Origin: Mobula hypostoma
Taxonomy: Eukaryota
Assembly: GCF_963921235.1 (NCBI RefSeq)
Contig: NC_086106.1
Coordinates: forward strand, 53,010,001-53,074,000
Length of the DNA stretch: 64,000 nt
Direction: 5' to 3'
Made by a program: the position numbers and the translations under genes. Shown piece after piece: positions 12,761 to 23,600 of the stretch (its first letter is position 1; each line of letters opens with the position of its first letter). The notes beneath the pieces were generated by a model. It ran no database searches and had not been told where the DNA came from. It saw nothing but the letters and a program-made list of their open reading frames with translations.

Positions 12761-13366
12761 TGTAGGGTTCTCAGTAATATTAACTGTAATGTTAACTGTT
12801 AGGCTAACAAAATGGCTTCTCTGTAGTGTTATAAGTAAATGGCTTCTCTGTAATATTAAATGATGAGGTAATGGTTCTCTGCAGCTGCGGTGTTTGGGTT
12901 ATAACTACAGATAACGGGGAACTAACCAATGGAAGTCATGTTATTCCATCTGTATGTGTGGGAACCGGGGTGAGTGCGCGGGCTTCCGTCGAGAAGAGGT
13001 CGGACGCGTGTGGAGTGCTCTGGTAGACCATCAGGGGTGGTCCCTGCCGAGGGTCGAAGGAGTTCGGAGGAGATTGATTGGTGGAAAGGAGACCTGGTTC
13101 CGTGAGCTCCAACGAATTATTTTGTGCACAAAACGGATAAATTTACTGAGTGGCGCCTTTGTTTTATTTGTTTCTACTAACCACACCACCAAAAAGAGTT
13201 ATAAAGTGTAATCATTTAGTTGTATATTGTGTACTGTCTGATATTTCACATTGTGGGCTTGTACCGGGGTGCATTACACAGCGTCTACGCAAATGTGAGA
13301 CACAGTTTGGCGGGCAGACGGCAGTTTCCCCTAGACAAACGTGAGTTGATGGAGCCGAATGTTAAA
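12761..13366 (+). repeat. 5' LTR (~600 bp)
   Basis: tgtagggttctcagtaatattaact... repeated at 19214; right end inferred from the PBS just downstream (ends gttaaa, presumed mutated gttaca). Confidence 0.8.
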
Positions 13367-13370
13367 TTTG

Positions 13371-13389
13371 TGGCGGCTTGTCCAGCGAT
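13371..13389 (+). promoter_or_regulatory. Degenerate tRNA-Pro primer-binding site
   Basis: tggcggcttgtccagcgat versus canonical TGGGGGCTCGTCCGGGAT (3 substitutions, 1 insertion). Confidence 0.6.
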
Positions 13390-13437
13390 TGAATTCTGTG
13401 GATGCTGTGTGATTACTCTGTTTAAAGTAGTGTGATT

Positions 13438-14780
13438 ATGGTGGCTGCCGCGTTCGAGAAATGGTGTGCGGCTGAATTTTGCCAGTGAGAAATGTGTGTG
13501 CGTGCTGAGTTGGGTGGAGACTCGTACCCCGGATGAAGTGTTACTTTGAGGTTTGAGTATGGTTAAAGCTGTTGGCAAAGTGGAAATCGTATTGTGAAAC
13601 TTTGATTTTTGAGACGAGTATAGACCTGGTGTTAGTGCAGACAAGCGAGGACATACGGGGGTGGTGGGGGGTGGAGTTGCCAGAATTGATTGGCATCCCA
13701 AGGAGGCGGGACCATGGCATCTGCAGCCTGTCAGGGAGGGAGGGGCTGAAATTCAGTGAGCTGGGTTGCCAACGGATGAAGGCGGAGATCTTAGGGAACG
13801 AATTCTCTCAGTACTGAGGGATGAGGGGAAAGAGTGGTCAGATTTGGAAAATTTGGTTAGTTCCCGTCCCCCAGCGAAAGGTGAGTTGGCATCTGCCATT
13901 ACCTCCTGGGTGAGAAAGGCAGAGGGGCCCCGCCAGAAGATAAGAATTTTCTCTGGGATAACACCCACCCCCGAAGGTGAAGAGGATTATGAGACCTGGG
14001 TAGAGCAAATGTCGTACTTAGAGTGGCAGTGCTCGGATGAGGAAAAGTGACAGAGATTGGTTGAAAGTTTGCGGGGAGTGGCAGCTGGGGTAGTGCGAGG
14101 TGTGAAGGTTAACCAGCCTTCGGCCACTCTGGATGACTATCTGGAGGCTTTGGAAAGTGGTTTTGGGAGCTCCTCGGGGAGTTTCAAAACATAACGTCAG
14201 GAGAAGGGTGAGAAGCTCTCCACGAACCTTTCTCGGACAGAGAGATGGTTTAATGGGCTGCGGTGCCAGAGGGTCATTCGGGTGGCTCAGGTGGATCAGT
14301 TAAGGATGGATCAGGTAACTAGAGGTGCCCAGGCTGAGGACAAGATTGCTTGGAGTCTCTGGCAGTCCTATAAAATGCGCTCTCTTCCGATGTTCGTTCA
14401 GTTGATCAGAGATGTGGGGGCGGGGGATGAGAATGCATTGAGGCCACGGGAAGACTCTGTCAGTGGGGTGAAATCCTCAGTTGTAGCCCCTGGTGGTGAA
14501 GTGAGCGGAGCCGGCTCCACCCGGAAATTGATGAAGGAGGTGGTGGCCGAGCTGAGGACTGAGGGGTCGGTGAGGAGCCCCCACCAGGGGATGGACAGCG
14601 TAAAGGGCTGCGAGTGGTGGGGGGTCTGCGAGAAGAGGGGTAGCCGGTAGCATGTGCTATAACTGTGGGGAAGTGGGCCACTTCTGGCGGGAATGTGAGC
14701 GGCAGGAAGCCCCTAGGAGGGCGAGCCCCCGGGTATCCAAGCAGGGAGAAGTGTTGGGAAACTTAGAGGAGACCCAGTGA
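13438..14780 (+). pseudogene. gag: Gypsy gag, PNMA/Ma-antigen-type capsid plus CCHC zinc knuckle, disrupted
   Basis: IRIFSGITPTPEGEEDYETWVEQ..EWQCSDEEK*QRLVESLRG; CYNCGEVGHFWREC at ~14655; several stops and frameshifts. Confidence 0.85.
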
Positions 14781-17700
14781 GGGAACAGCCTGGTGTTTCT
14801 GGGGGAACACGTTCCCAGCAATGTACCAAGGAACCCCCAAAAGCAAAAGACCTAATTGCAGAGGGATTAGTAGGGTCCCGCTCTAGCGTGTCACTGCGGA
14901 CAGAGGGAATCAATGCTAAAGCCATACTCAACACCAGGTCACAGGTCACGTCACTGTACCATTCATTCTACAACCAGTATTTAAAGCACTTGCCCTTGAC
15001 CCCATTCAGTGCACTGGAGATTTGGGGCATCAGTGCTGGTGATCCGTATGACGGGTATTTGTCAGTGAGACTGGAGTGTTCAGAAGCTGATGTGGGAGCG
15101 TCTGAAGTCCTGGAGACGTTAGTGCTGGTTTGTCCGGACCCGGTTGAAACGGGGGTGTTTCAATTCTGGTGGGGGCCAACACCCCTGTGGTGCGGAGGCT
15201 CATGGGGGCCTGTCAGGAGAAGGTGGGTGAGAGTTTTCTGCGGACCCTGGTGGTGCATCCACTGTTGCGGGCTGCTTTTGAGGAAGCGCAGAGCTGCACT
15301 GGGCCGGATGCTGAATTTAAACGAGGGACTATGTGGTGCACCCAGTCGAAGCCTAAGGTAATAAGGCCCGGGGAAGTAGCGAGAGTGATGGGAACCACCA
15401 GATTTCCCGGAGTGCCTGGTGGTGAGGCACTTTTAGTGGACATCCTGGAAGACCTCAAAGGGGAGTTGCAATTTCCGGCAGGGGTGCTGGTGAGGCCGGA
15501 ATTGCTGAGGCCCTCAGTGGTACAGGCGAGCTGGATGGCTGTGATTGTCAGGAACACTACAAAGAGAGAAATCACCTTTAAGAGAGGGATGTCCCTGATG
15601 CATTTGTTCCCGGTGACGGTAATGTCTAGCGCCCCCGTGAGGTCCGCTGGGGGGAAACTATTGGAAAATGGGAAAGTTGACTGCTGAGGCCTTTAACTTT
15701 GGGGACTCTTCTGTGCCGCCGGGTTGGAAGCAAAGGCTGGTGGAGAAGATGTTGAAGCTGGAAGATGTTTTTTCCCTTGGTGAGTGTTTGATGTGGGTTG
15801 TTCCAAGAGCACTCGACACACCATCTGGATGACTGAGGACACCCCGTTTCGAGAGAGGTCGCGGTGACTGGCCCCTGCAGATGTGGAAGATGTGCGGCAG
15901 CACTTACGTAAGTTGAAGCAAGCTGGGATCATCTCTGAATCTTAAAGTCCTTATGCGTCCCCAATAGTAGTGGCCCAGAAGAAGAATGGAAAGGTATGCA
16001 TGTGTGTAGACCAAAGGACCCTGAACAGGTGCACCGTTGCTGACCAGTATATGATCCTGAGGGTCGAAGATGAGCTGGCCTTTGAGTGGGGTAAAGTGGT
16101 TTAGTGTGCTGGACTTGAGTGAATATTACCAGATCCCGATGAGTGAGGCCGACAAAAAGAAGACGGCATTTATATGCCCTCTGGGATTTTTCCAGTTCGA
16201 AAGGATGCCCCAAGGCATATCGGGAGCCCCTGCCACCTTCCAGAGGGTCATGGAGAAGACGGTGGGGGATATGAATTTGCTTGAAGTATTTGGATGTCTT
16301 GATAGTATTTGGATCCACCTTGGAAGAGCATGAAGTGAGGCTACTGAAGGTGCTAAGCCGACTGAAGGAGGAAGAGTTAAAACTTTCCCTGGACAAGTGC
16401 CGGTTCTGTTGGCTATGTTGGGCACATAATCTCACGGGATGGAGTAGGTACAGACCCGGCTAAGATAGAAGCGGTGACCACGTGGCCGAGGCCCCAGACT
16501 GTGAGCGCTCTGCGCTTGTTCTTGGGGATTCTGTGGTTATTATTGGAGATTCGTGAGGGGCTACACCAAGTTGAGTCACCCCTTGGACCAGCTTTTGTGT
16601 GGTTCCCCTCCCTTGGAGAAGAAAGCAAAGGGGAAAAGAGAATGTGAGGTGGGAGAATATCTAAACCCGCCGGAGCCCTTCAGTCAGAGGTGGGATGCAA
16701 AATGTGAGGAAGCTTTTCAATCGTTGAAAGAATTGCTGACCCAGGCACCGGTGCTGGCTTTTGCAGACCCCCGATTGCCCTATGTACTACACACCAATGC
16801 CAGCTGAGAGGGGTTGGGCGGGGCGTTCTGTATCAGGATCAGGGAACCGGGTTGAGGCCGGTGGTGTTTATAAGCTGGAGTTTGTCACCCTCCGATAGAA
16901 ACTATCCCACCCACAAGTTGGAGTTCCTGGTGTTGAAATGGGCGGTGGAGGATAAGCTGAGTGATCATCTCTATGGGCCAAGTTTGAGGTAAGAATGGAC
17001 AACAACCCGCTCACTTTCATCCTGACCTCGGTGAAACTGGATGCCACAGGCCATGGGTGGTTGGTGGCATTGTTTGCATATGATTTCAGCCTAAAGTACC
17101 GGCCAGGGAGCCGGAACATTGATGCGGACGCTTTGTCCTGATGAGTGCATGAGGGACCGGATAAGGTCGAGGAGTGGGAGAGCGTTACTGCCCCTGGGGT
17201 GAAGGCCATGTGTCAGTTTGCTATCACCGTGCAGGCCAAGGAAAAGGAGAAGACAGACCATGCAGTGGATCAATTGGGGGTTTCTGATGACGCCCTACCT
17301 CCAGTTTACTGTAATCTGACTGCGCTGAAGACCAAGCAGCTGCCAGAATTGAGTTCTGGGGAAGTGGCCGCTGCTCAGCGCGATGACCTGGGCATTGGCT
17401 CCATTTGGTACGTGGTTGAAAAGGGGGATGTGGCGCAGGCGGAGAAGATGAAACATGCTTTGGTGCCACCATTATTGAGAGAATGGCCATGGTTGAAGTT
17501 GAAGAACCACATTTTATACTGAGTCACGTCACCCCCGGACCAACTCCGGCATTGGCAGCTGGTCCTGCCGGAGAAGTATAGGAAGATTGTGTTGAAGTCA
17601 CTGCGTAATGATTCTGGGCATTTGGTGGTGGAAAAGACCTATGGATTACTCAAAGACCGGTTTTATTGGTCCTGAATGAAGTCAGAGGTTGAAGAATACT

Positions 17701-18941
17701 GCAAGTCGTGCATTCACTGTATATGCCGGAAGACACTGCCTGTGCAGGCTGCCACTTTGTCACACTTGCAGAGTGCAGGGCCTCTGGAACTGGTGTGTAA
17801 GGATTTCCTGGCCATAGAACCCAATGCCAGCAACGCGGCAAATGTCTTAGTCATCACGGACCACTACACTAGATATGCTCAGGGTTTTCCTACCAAGGAC
17901 CGGAGGGTGACTACGGTGGCAAAAGTGCTATGGGAGAAGTATTTTGTGCATTATGGCCTTCCCAGGCGGATACGTAGTGACCAGGGACGGAACTTTGAGA
18001 GTAAGCTCATCCATGAGTTATTGAGCACATTGGGAGTTGAGAAATCTAGGACCAAGCCCTATCTTCCGCAAGGCGATCCTCGGCCTGAGAGGTTTAATCG
18101 GACCTTGCTGGACATGCTCGGGACTCTAGAGATCAGCAAAAAGAGCAGATGGAGCCAACATATTGGACATCTGGTTCACTGTTACAACTGTACACACAAT
18201 GAAGCTGCTGGGTATTCGCCCTATTATCTGATGTTTGGGTGCGAGGCGAGGTTGCCCATTGATCTCTGTTTCGGGACTGATGCAGGTGATGTACCACCAA
18301 AGCATTATCTGAAGTATGTGTCTGATATGAGGAGAGAGCTGAAAAGGGCTTACGAAGTGGCTGGGGTGGCGGCCGCCAAGCAGAATCAGGGAAATAAGAG
18401 GAGGTATGGTCAGAAGGTGAAGTTCTCCCAACTCCTGCTGGGACACCGAGTCCTCATATTGGGACTACCTGGAAAGCACAAGTTGGCTGACTGCTGGGCG
18501 GCCACACCCTATGTGGTGGAGAGTCAGATGCCAAATCTGCCAGTTTTCTGGGCGAGACTGGAGGATGGGAAGGGGCCTGTCAAGATTCTCCATCGGAATC
18601 ACCTGTTGCCAAGGGGACAAGAGGTGCAGGTAGATCGGGAGCCTGATTTGGAGTCTGCACCGAGTACAGGGACTCGCCGAACGTGTGGAGTGGTGGAGGA
18701 GCCCACTTCAGAAGAGACTGGGCCAGGGCCAGGCCCAGCCCCTGAGAAAGATACTGATTCGGATATGTGGTACATGCTGTCGTTCACTAACTCCCCTGTG
18801 ATGGAGGAAGAGACTCTAGCCCTTCTCCCACTGAGTCAGGCGAGGGGAGGTGGGCAGCCTGGGGTACGCCAGGACTCTGGAGAAGGGAAGGTGGAGCCTG
18901 AACAAGAGATGGGGATCCGGGTTGCAGAGGGGTTGGAGTGA
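14777..18941 (+). pseudogene. pol: Gypsy pol (protease, RT, RNase H, integrase), disrupted
   Basis: [10 protein letters not shown] (mutated DTG); [19 protein letters not shown]; YLDVLIVF (mutated YLDD); APVLAFADP..LHTNAS; integrase CKSCIHC, ITDHYTRY, SDQGRNFES, ERFNRTL. Confidence 0.92.
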
Positions 18942-19200
18942 CAGATCGTGGGAAGGTTCACCAAGTAGCCCCAGAGTGTCCCCAGTAGTGTCTGAGTTGG
19001 AAGAGTTAGGAGAGGGGGTACGGAGGTCTCAGAGAATTAGGAACTCTCTGGATAGGTTGACCTGTGTAGCGCCTGGGGAACAGGGCATGATTTCTACTGT
19101 TTTGGGGAGCTATGTCACTGCTTTCTGCACTTGGATTGGGTTGTCTTTTGCAGGAAGGGTTGGCAAATTATCTGAACGTCATGAGGACATGACTAAATTC

Positions 19201-19213
19201 AGTGGGGGGAAAA
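19201..19213 (+). promoter_or_regulatory. Polypurine tract
   Basis: agtggggggaaaa directly before the TG of the 3' LTR. Confidence 0.8.
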
Positions 19214-19525
19214 TGTTGGGTTCTCAGTAATATTAACTATAATGTTAACTGTTAAGGCTAACAAAATGGTTTCCCAGTAATGAAATGGCTTCTCTGTAAT
19301 GTTAAATAATGAGGTAATGGTTCTCTGTAGCTGCAGTGTTTGGGTTATAACTACAGATAACTGGGAACTAACCAATGGAAGTCATGTTATTCTCTCTGTA
19401 CGTGTGGGAACCGGGGTGAGTGCGCGGGCTTCCATTGAGAAGAGAAGAGGACGGATGCGTGTGGAGCGCTCTGGTAGACCACCAGGGTGGTCCCAGGCGA
19501 AGCTCGATGGAGTTCATAGGAGATC
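19214..19525 (+). repeat. 3' LTR, 5' half only
   Basis: Aligns to 12761-~13077, then similarity stops abruptly at ggagatcg. Confidence 0.88.
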
Positions 19526-19530
19526 GTAGC

Positions 19531-19548
19531 AACACATGCGCACGCACG

Positions 19549-19595
<47 letters not shown>
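19531..19595 (+). repeat. (CACG)n(CA)n microsatellite
   Basis: Seen directly; lies inside the Penelope terminal repeat. Confidence 0.97.
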
Positions 19596-19598
<3 letters not shown>

Positions 19599-19644
19599 GC
19601 TGGAGGAACTCAGCAGTCCAGGCAGCATCTATGGAAAAGTGTAT

Positions 19645-19680
19645 AGTCGACGTTTCAGGCCAAGACCCTTCAGCAGGACT
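19645..19680 (-). ncRNA. Putative minimal type-I hammerhead ribozyme (A6C core variant) in the Penelope terminus
   Basis: Minus strand AGUC-CUGCUGA-AGG(GUCUUGG)CCU-GAAAC-GUC-GACU: helix I AGUC/GACU, helix II AGG/CCU, palindromic ACGU in place of helix III. Confidence 0.6.
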
Positions 19681-20532
19681 GGAGGAAAAAAAAAGATTGA
19701 GGAATGAATTTAAAAGGTGTGGGGAGGGGAGGGAGAAACACAAGCTGTTAGGTGAAACTGGGAGGGGGAGGGGTGAATTAAAGAGCTGGGAAGTTGATTG
19801 GTGAAAGAGATACAGGGCTAGAGAAAGAGGAATCTAATAGAGGACAGAAGGCCATGGAAGAAAGAAAAGGTGGAGGGGTGGGGGAGAAGAACACCAGAGG
19901 GAGGTGATGGGCAGGCAAGGAGATAAGGTGAGAGAGGGAAAGGGGATGGGGAATGGTGAACCAGAGTTGGGGTCCCATTACTGGAAGTGCAAGAAATCTA
20001 TGTTCATGTCGTCAGGTTGGAGGCTACTCAGACGGAATACAATGCATTATTTCTCCAAGCTGAGTGTGGCCTCATTGGGACAGTAGAGGAGGCCATGGAT
20101 TGACATATCGGAATCGGAATGGGAAGGGGAATTAAAACGGGTGGCCGCTGGGAGATCCTGCTTGTTCTGATGGGTGGAGCGTAGGTGCTTGGATGAGAGA
20201 CATACGTGAAATGGAAGAGATGCGGTTGAGGGTAGCATTGATAATGGAGGAAGGGAAACCCCTTCCTTTGAAAAAAGAAGACATCTCCTTCATTCTGGAA
20301 TTAAAAGCTTCATCCTGACAGCAGATGTGGCAGAGATGAAGGAATTGAGAGAAGGGATGGCGATTTTACAAGTAACAGGGTGGGAGGAGGTATAGTCCAG
20401 GTAAGAGACCATGGGTTTCTAATGGACATCAGTAGATAAGCTGTCTCCAGGGATAGAGACAGAGAGATCGAGAAGGGGGAGGGAGGTGTCAGAAATTGTC
20501 CAGGTAAATTTGAGGGTAGTGTGGAAGTTGGA

Positions 20533-20690
20533 GGAGCCCTATTTGTCTGGCCTATACCCTTTGACCTGTTTGGCATGGGTGACCCTACCAAGAGCCAAAG
20601 CAAAATGCCCTAACTCCAGCCAATATAGTTCTTTGGGTCATTGAGCCATGCAAGCCTTCAAACCCGATGACAGGTTGTGGTTCTCGGAGG
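20533..20690 (-). mobile_element. RTE-clade-derived retroposon, 5' part
   Basis: Minus strand ggcttgcatggctcaatgaccc...ggtagggtcacccatgccaaacaggtcaaagggtataggccagac resembles Rex3/Expander-type RTE 5'UTRs. Confidence 0.65.
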
Positions 20691-23600
20691 TTTACCCTTA
20701 TGTAATATTTAATGATTTGGAACATCTGTATTAAATTTCATTTTAACATCGCCTGATCTATAAAAAAGAAACCAACTTCTCTAATATTTGCATTCAACTG
20801 AAACTAGTGAGATACAGGGCGTTTTTTATCATTAGGGATTCTTGTGTCACTTTGTGTTATGATGTTTTGCTTGATCCATTGTTTCTAGTTTGTTTCATAA
20901 CCTGTACAAAATTTTACTCAAAAAAATCATACATTAAGTTCAACTGTGATACACTTATTGTTAAGTCACTACAGAATTGAGATCTGCAACTTTTATCTGT
21001 CAATATTACAATCTAAGGAAGGAAATGATAGCAGAATGGGGAAAAATATCCTTTTAGCATTCGGGTTAGCTTTGGATGGCACTTTTATGGGAGAAAGTCA
21101 GGTTGTAGAATTGGAATTGTGTTTTTGTTTTTATTGTAGTTTGATAGAGTAAGTGTATTCATAATACAGGAAGTACCCATGCCAAGTGGTTTTAGCCTTG
21201 CATCAGTGTTGAACATATGCAGTGTGAATTCAGCTTCAAACTGACTTTGATATCAGGTCATGGTCTAATACCTGATTTGAGACACACTTGCACTACATTG
21301 TTTGTCTGGAGTGAATGAACTTTTCACTGGTACTGCAGTTGTAGTATAAGTGTAAGTCCATTATAATTATAAATTGTTATAAATTTGCTGAAATTGTATT
21401 TTGTTTTCTTGTTATTATGATATCTTGTATTGGTCCTGATTAATATAAACATTTCTTTTAGGACCAGCCGTAGATCAAAATTGTGGCTGTTCTATTTCAG
21501 CTTATGTTTCACAGTAGATAGGGAAGTGAATTGTTGGAATTTTCATAATTATATCCTTTATTTAAAGGTCAAACATACATTAAAGAAATATCTTGCAAAT
21601 ACTTGTAAATGATACAAAATATTCTGAGGGATGTTACCTCTTTCAAAGTAACAGATTCAGTAATCATGTGGCTTTTTAAGAGCAAGTTCAGAAAGCTACA
21701 TATTAATATTTGACTAGCCTCATTCTTTAAAAGAAAACGATTACTGAATCTGTTACTTTGAAAGGGGTTGTAACATCCCTCAGAATATTTTGTACTATTT
21801 TTCAAATGTTTGTAAGGCATTTATTTAATTGTATGATGCTGAGTGTTTTCATTCAGAATTCGCCAGCCTTTGGAACACAACAGACCATGGAACAGCAGAA
21901 TGGTCCCAGGTGGCCACCTGCTTGACCAACTGCTCCGCCACAACTTCAAGTGCTCGATGAGCTATTCAAGAGCCGTTGAATCAGATCGTTAGCAGCACTG
22001 CTGATTGTGACTGCTGGAACATACTGCAAGCAATCCATGTTCCCTGCAGAAGAGACAGAATGAGAGCTATATCATACAGCATGTTGTAAAATACTCGGGT
22101 GTTTGAGGATGATGCTCAGCAAGCGATAAGGAAAAATAAAATCAAACTGAACAGATACTAGCCGACATCCAGGAAATTGGATCAGTTCTGTTTTTTTGAT
22201 ATCTTGGACGCTACATTATGGCTGTGTGATGGACTATTAGAATGAGGAAAGGCTTTTTATCACAATAGCATTGATGCTATGTTTGGATGGAGCTTTCACG
22301 GGAGAAAATCAGGCTGCTGAATTTGTTCCCTGATGTCTATTAACAGTGGCCCAGGGCTATGCTGAAATTTATATCCTATTTGTATTGTTGCAGTCCAAAA
22401 GAAGAATTTACAGAGGATGACAAGTGTATTCTGAGTAGGTATGTTGATGACTCAGTTAAATCACATGATCCTTTTGTGTTTTCTTTAATCTTCTATGGAG
22501 CTATTCAAAAAAAATCTACTAAAATAATAGGTATAATCTGTGAATAATTTACTGCTTCATTGCAGAGTATTGTACAGGTGGTATTGCTTATTGCAGCCCT
22601 TATCTTATTCTGGCTGTGTACTGGTAAACAAAGCCCTGATGTGCTGCTTCTGAGAATCGGTCTGGGTGTTGCATCGGAGCTTTTCTTGAATACGGAGGCA
22701 CTGCTATTGACTTAGTGTGATAGAAACCATATCTTGTATGTTCAGGGAGACAAAGGGATTGGAAAAAGAGAATGTCTTTCAACCCTCTTTCACCAAATAA
22801 CAGCAATCAAAAACATTAGCTTAAGAGCAGTGCCAGAATTATTCACGTGTTCTAAGCAGCAGCCACTGTGATCAGTCTTATCTGGTATGGAGCTCATAGC
22901 TGTAAGTCTGTTTTGGAAATGCTTGTCTCTGGTATCGTAGTACTTTTATAACACCATGCCATTGAAATGGAAAACGAGCAACACCACTAACTGGAAATTC
23001 CCAGTTTCTATGCTTAAGCCATCTAGGACGGCAACACTGACTCCGGCATACATGTAAGTTTGCAAATGCCAGCTTCTGAAAACATTGTATGGTTTTGCAA
23101 AGTGGGTTCTCTGTAGTATAACGTCAATTATTCATTAATACACGTTCTAGTATTAGTTACTGGGTTGATAGATCAGTACTGATCAACCAAAATGCTTCAA
23201 ATTGTAGGAACTGGATACACTTGGTGCATTTTTTTTGTGAGGGTTTACATTGCCGGATACCATTTAAGGTTACAGTGAAATGTACCAAAAAACTGCATTT
23301 GCAATGTGCTGCATTGTGTAGCGTCTGACACTTGATCATTTATTGCAACAATGCTATTAATTCAGTCTTATTGTTATTAGCCTCAATCCCTGCATTCCGT
23401 TTTTAAATTTTAGTTTTATTTTACCACTAAATGCCACCAGGTGTCCTGGTTGAATTGTTGAATTGTTTTCTTTATCCTTACTCATCTTCTGACACGTTGT
23501 ATCTTGCTGCTTTAGCACGTGCGCATGCGAGAATTAGAGTTAATGCACCTTGAATGAGTTTTCTTTAAACATTATTTAAATTTTTTAAATGGTGGTTGGA

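Larger units (their letters stand above)
12761..19525 (+). mobile_element. Ty3/Gypsy LTR retrotransposon, decayed provirus with truncated 3' LTR
   Basis: Direct LTRs starting TG at 12761 and 19214; PBS; PPT; domain order gag-PR-RT-RNaseH-IN. Confidence 0.95.
19527..20532 (-). mobile_element. Penelope-like retroelement, 5'-truncated and internally deleted (RT C-terminus, GIY-YIG end, terminal repeat)
   Basis: Minus strand FLDLSVSIPGDSLSTDVH..LDYTSSHPVTCKIAIPSLNS; HLRSTHQNKQDLPAATRFNSPSHSDSDMSIHGLLYC..EATLSLEK..SLQPDDMNIDF. Confidence 0.88.

Noticed and set aside
13766-14650. Domesticated PNMA-family host gene
   Set aside because: Multiple stops and frameshifts, and it sits between an LTR/PBS and pol.
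19368-19743. ORFs with CVCVCV / THTHTH repeats
   Set aside because: Translations of the CA microsatellite.
21856-22070. GC-richer stretch with splice-acceptor-like sites on both strands
   Set aside because: The minus-strand candidate has stops in all three frames, the plus-strand frames checked also stop, and no peptide is recognisable.
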